DNA of 64,000 nt from a virus. Positions 63,512 through 64,000 of this stretch are shown piece by piece. The notes beneath the pieces were generated by a model. It saw nothing but the letters and a program-made list of their open reading frames with translations, was not told where the DNA came from and did not search any database. The stretch is from the IMG/VR virus record IMGVR_UViG_3300032321_001536. One strand, given 5' to 3'. The position numbers and the translations under genes were made by a program. Positions within the stretch are counted from its first letter, which is position 1; each line of letters begins with the position of its first letter.

Positions 63512-64000
63512 TCATTTATTTAATATCTGTTTACTTGGTGCTGTTACTGTTAAACATTTTAATGTATTAGATGTTGTTTGACCATACTGCATAAAACCAA
63601 CCGGTAGTAATGAAGTTGAAGATAGTGTTTCGAAATTTATGTAACCAACAACTCCACCTGTTGTCATTTCCCATACAAAACCAAAATCAGTATTTGGATT
63701 CCATGTTGTTGATGTAGAAATTCTAAAAGTTCCAACTACTACTCCTGTCTCAGTTGGTATAATAGGAGCAGTTTCGTTAGTAAAGATATTTGTTGCTGAT
63801 GAGAAATTTAATTTTCTTTGTGATGAAATATAAGGTAAGTTAGTTGTTACTTTAGGCCAACCTAACCATGACGGATCAGTATTGTCATTTAATGCCCTCC
63901 ATGTTATAGTTCCTGTTGTTAATTTTGGAGAATGTACTCCACGAATAATCAAAGCATTTAATTTAATTACTGATGTACCAGTGCTTGTTAAACGAATTTG
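63512..64000 (-). CDS. S/T-rich structural-like protein, 5'-partial (reading frame stays open to the window end)
   Basis: listed start 63952 is a TTG; upstream codons to 64000 contain no stop. Confidence 0.5.
   Translation of the reverse strand, partial: QIRLTSTGTSVIKLNALIIRGVHSPKLTTGTITWRALNDNTDPSWLGWPKVTTNLPYISSQRKLNFSSATNIFTNETAPIIPTETGVVVGTFRISTSTTWNPNTDFGFVWEMTTGGVVGYINFETLSSTSLLPVGFMQYGQTTSNTLKCLTVTAPSKQILNK

Noticed and set aside
1-64000. CRISPR arrays, integrases, transposases or IS elements
   Set aside because: No regularly spaced direct repeats and no recombinase or transposase motifs found in any frame. The tRNA pair has no adjacent integrase, so it is more likely virus-encoded than an att site.
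1-64000. Eukaryotic giant virus (NCLDV) origin, suggested by A+T richness, many glycosyltransferases/methyltransferases, tRNA-Leu(TAA) and HNH genes
   Set aside because: The sigma-70 family factor, the T9SS C-terminal sorting domain, Bacteroidota-style signal peptides/lipoboxes, PspC, CsgG-like and SPFH-NfeD-like pairing, and intron-less tightly overlapping genes all point to a bacterial virus.

Overview
AT-rich (~70% A+T), very gene-dense window that looks like part of a large bacteriophage or phage-like element, probably infecting a Bacteroidota (Flavobacteriia-like) host, rather than bacterial chromosome. Evidence for a phage: about 100 short genes are packed into long same-strand blocks, with frequent ATGA/TAATG start-stop overlaps and hairpin+T-run terminators at block boundaries. 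Phage-type content includes a free-standing HNH endonuclease beside two tRNAs (Arg-TCT, Leu-TAA), a Dam methylase, a MazG-like pyrophosphohydrolase, PD-(D/E)XK and DUF151 nucleases, and a sigma-70-family factor. Evidence for the host: one protein carries an unambiguous type IX secretion (T9SS) C-terminal sorting domain, and many proteins have Bacteroidota-style signal peptides and lipoboxes. Main modules: (1) 0.1-3.7 kb hypothetical/structural-like + strand genes, one weakly baseplate-J-like. (2) 3.8-21.5 kb minus-strand metabolic/glycan island: P-loop kinase, DHFR, FolD, PRPP synthetase, HAD hydrolase, UDP-glucose dehydrogenase-like, GalE, GT2, DXD-GT, GT25+kinase-like fusion, LicD, sugar-nucleotidyltransferase, and an 811-aa protein with two methyltransferase domains. 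(3) 22-25.3 kb + strand hypotheticals including a protein with tandem FN3-like repeats. (4) 25.3-38.3 kb minus-strand block with a RecB-like nuclease, class III nucleotidyl cyclase, Dam, QueF-like, DUF151 nuclease, DUF458-like and MoxR-like AAA+. (5) 38.4-40.8 kb two tandem paralogous fibre-like proteins with swapped C-termini. (6) 41.8-49.5 kb + strand secreted/surface module: T9SS cargo with cohesin-like and dockerin-like modules, membrane proteins, a CsgG-like lipoprotein, an S/N-rich protein with a beta-barrel-like C-terminus, and a small HExxH protein. (7) 49.5-52.4 kb GT2, sigma factor with adjacent zinc ribbon, and a paralogous protein pair. (8) 53.6-54.4 kb HNH + tRNAs. (9) 54.4-63.2 kb membrane/lipoprotein block with SGNH hydrolase, a PspC-like micro-gene, SPFH/prohibitin, HD hydrolase and GNAT. 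No CRISPR array, integrase or transposase was recognised. The ORF track uses TTG/GTG starts; where an in-frame ATG lies a few codons downstream I used it, which removes several implausible overlaps.
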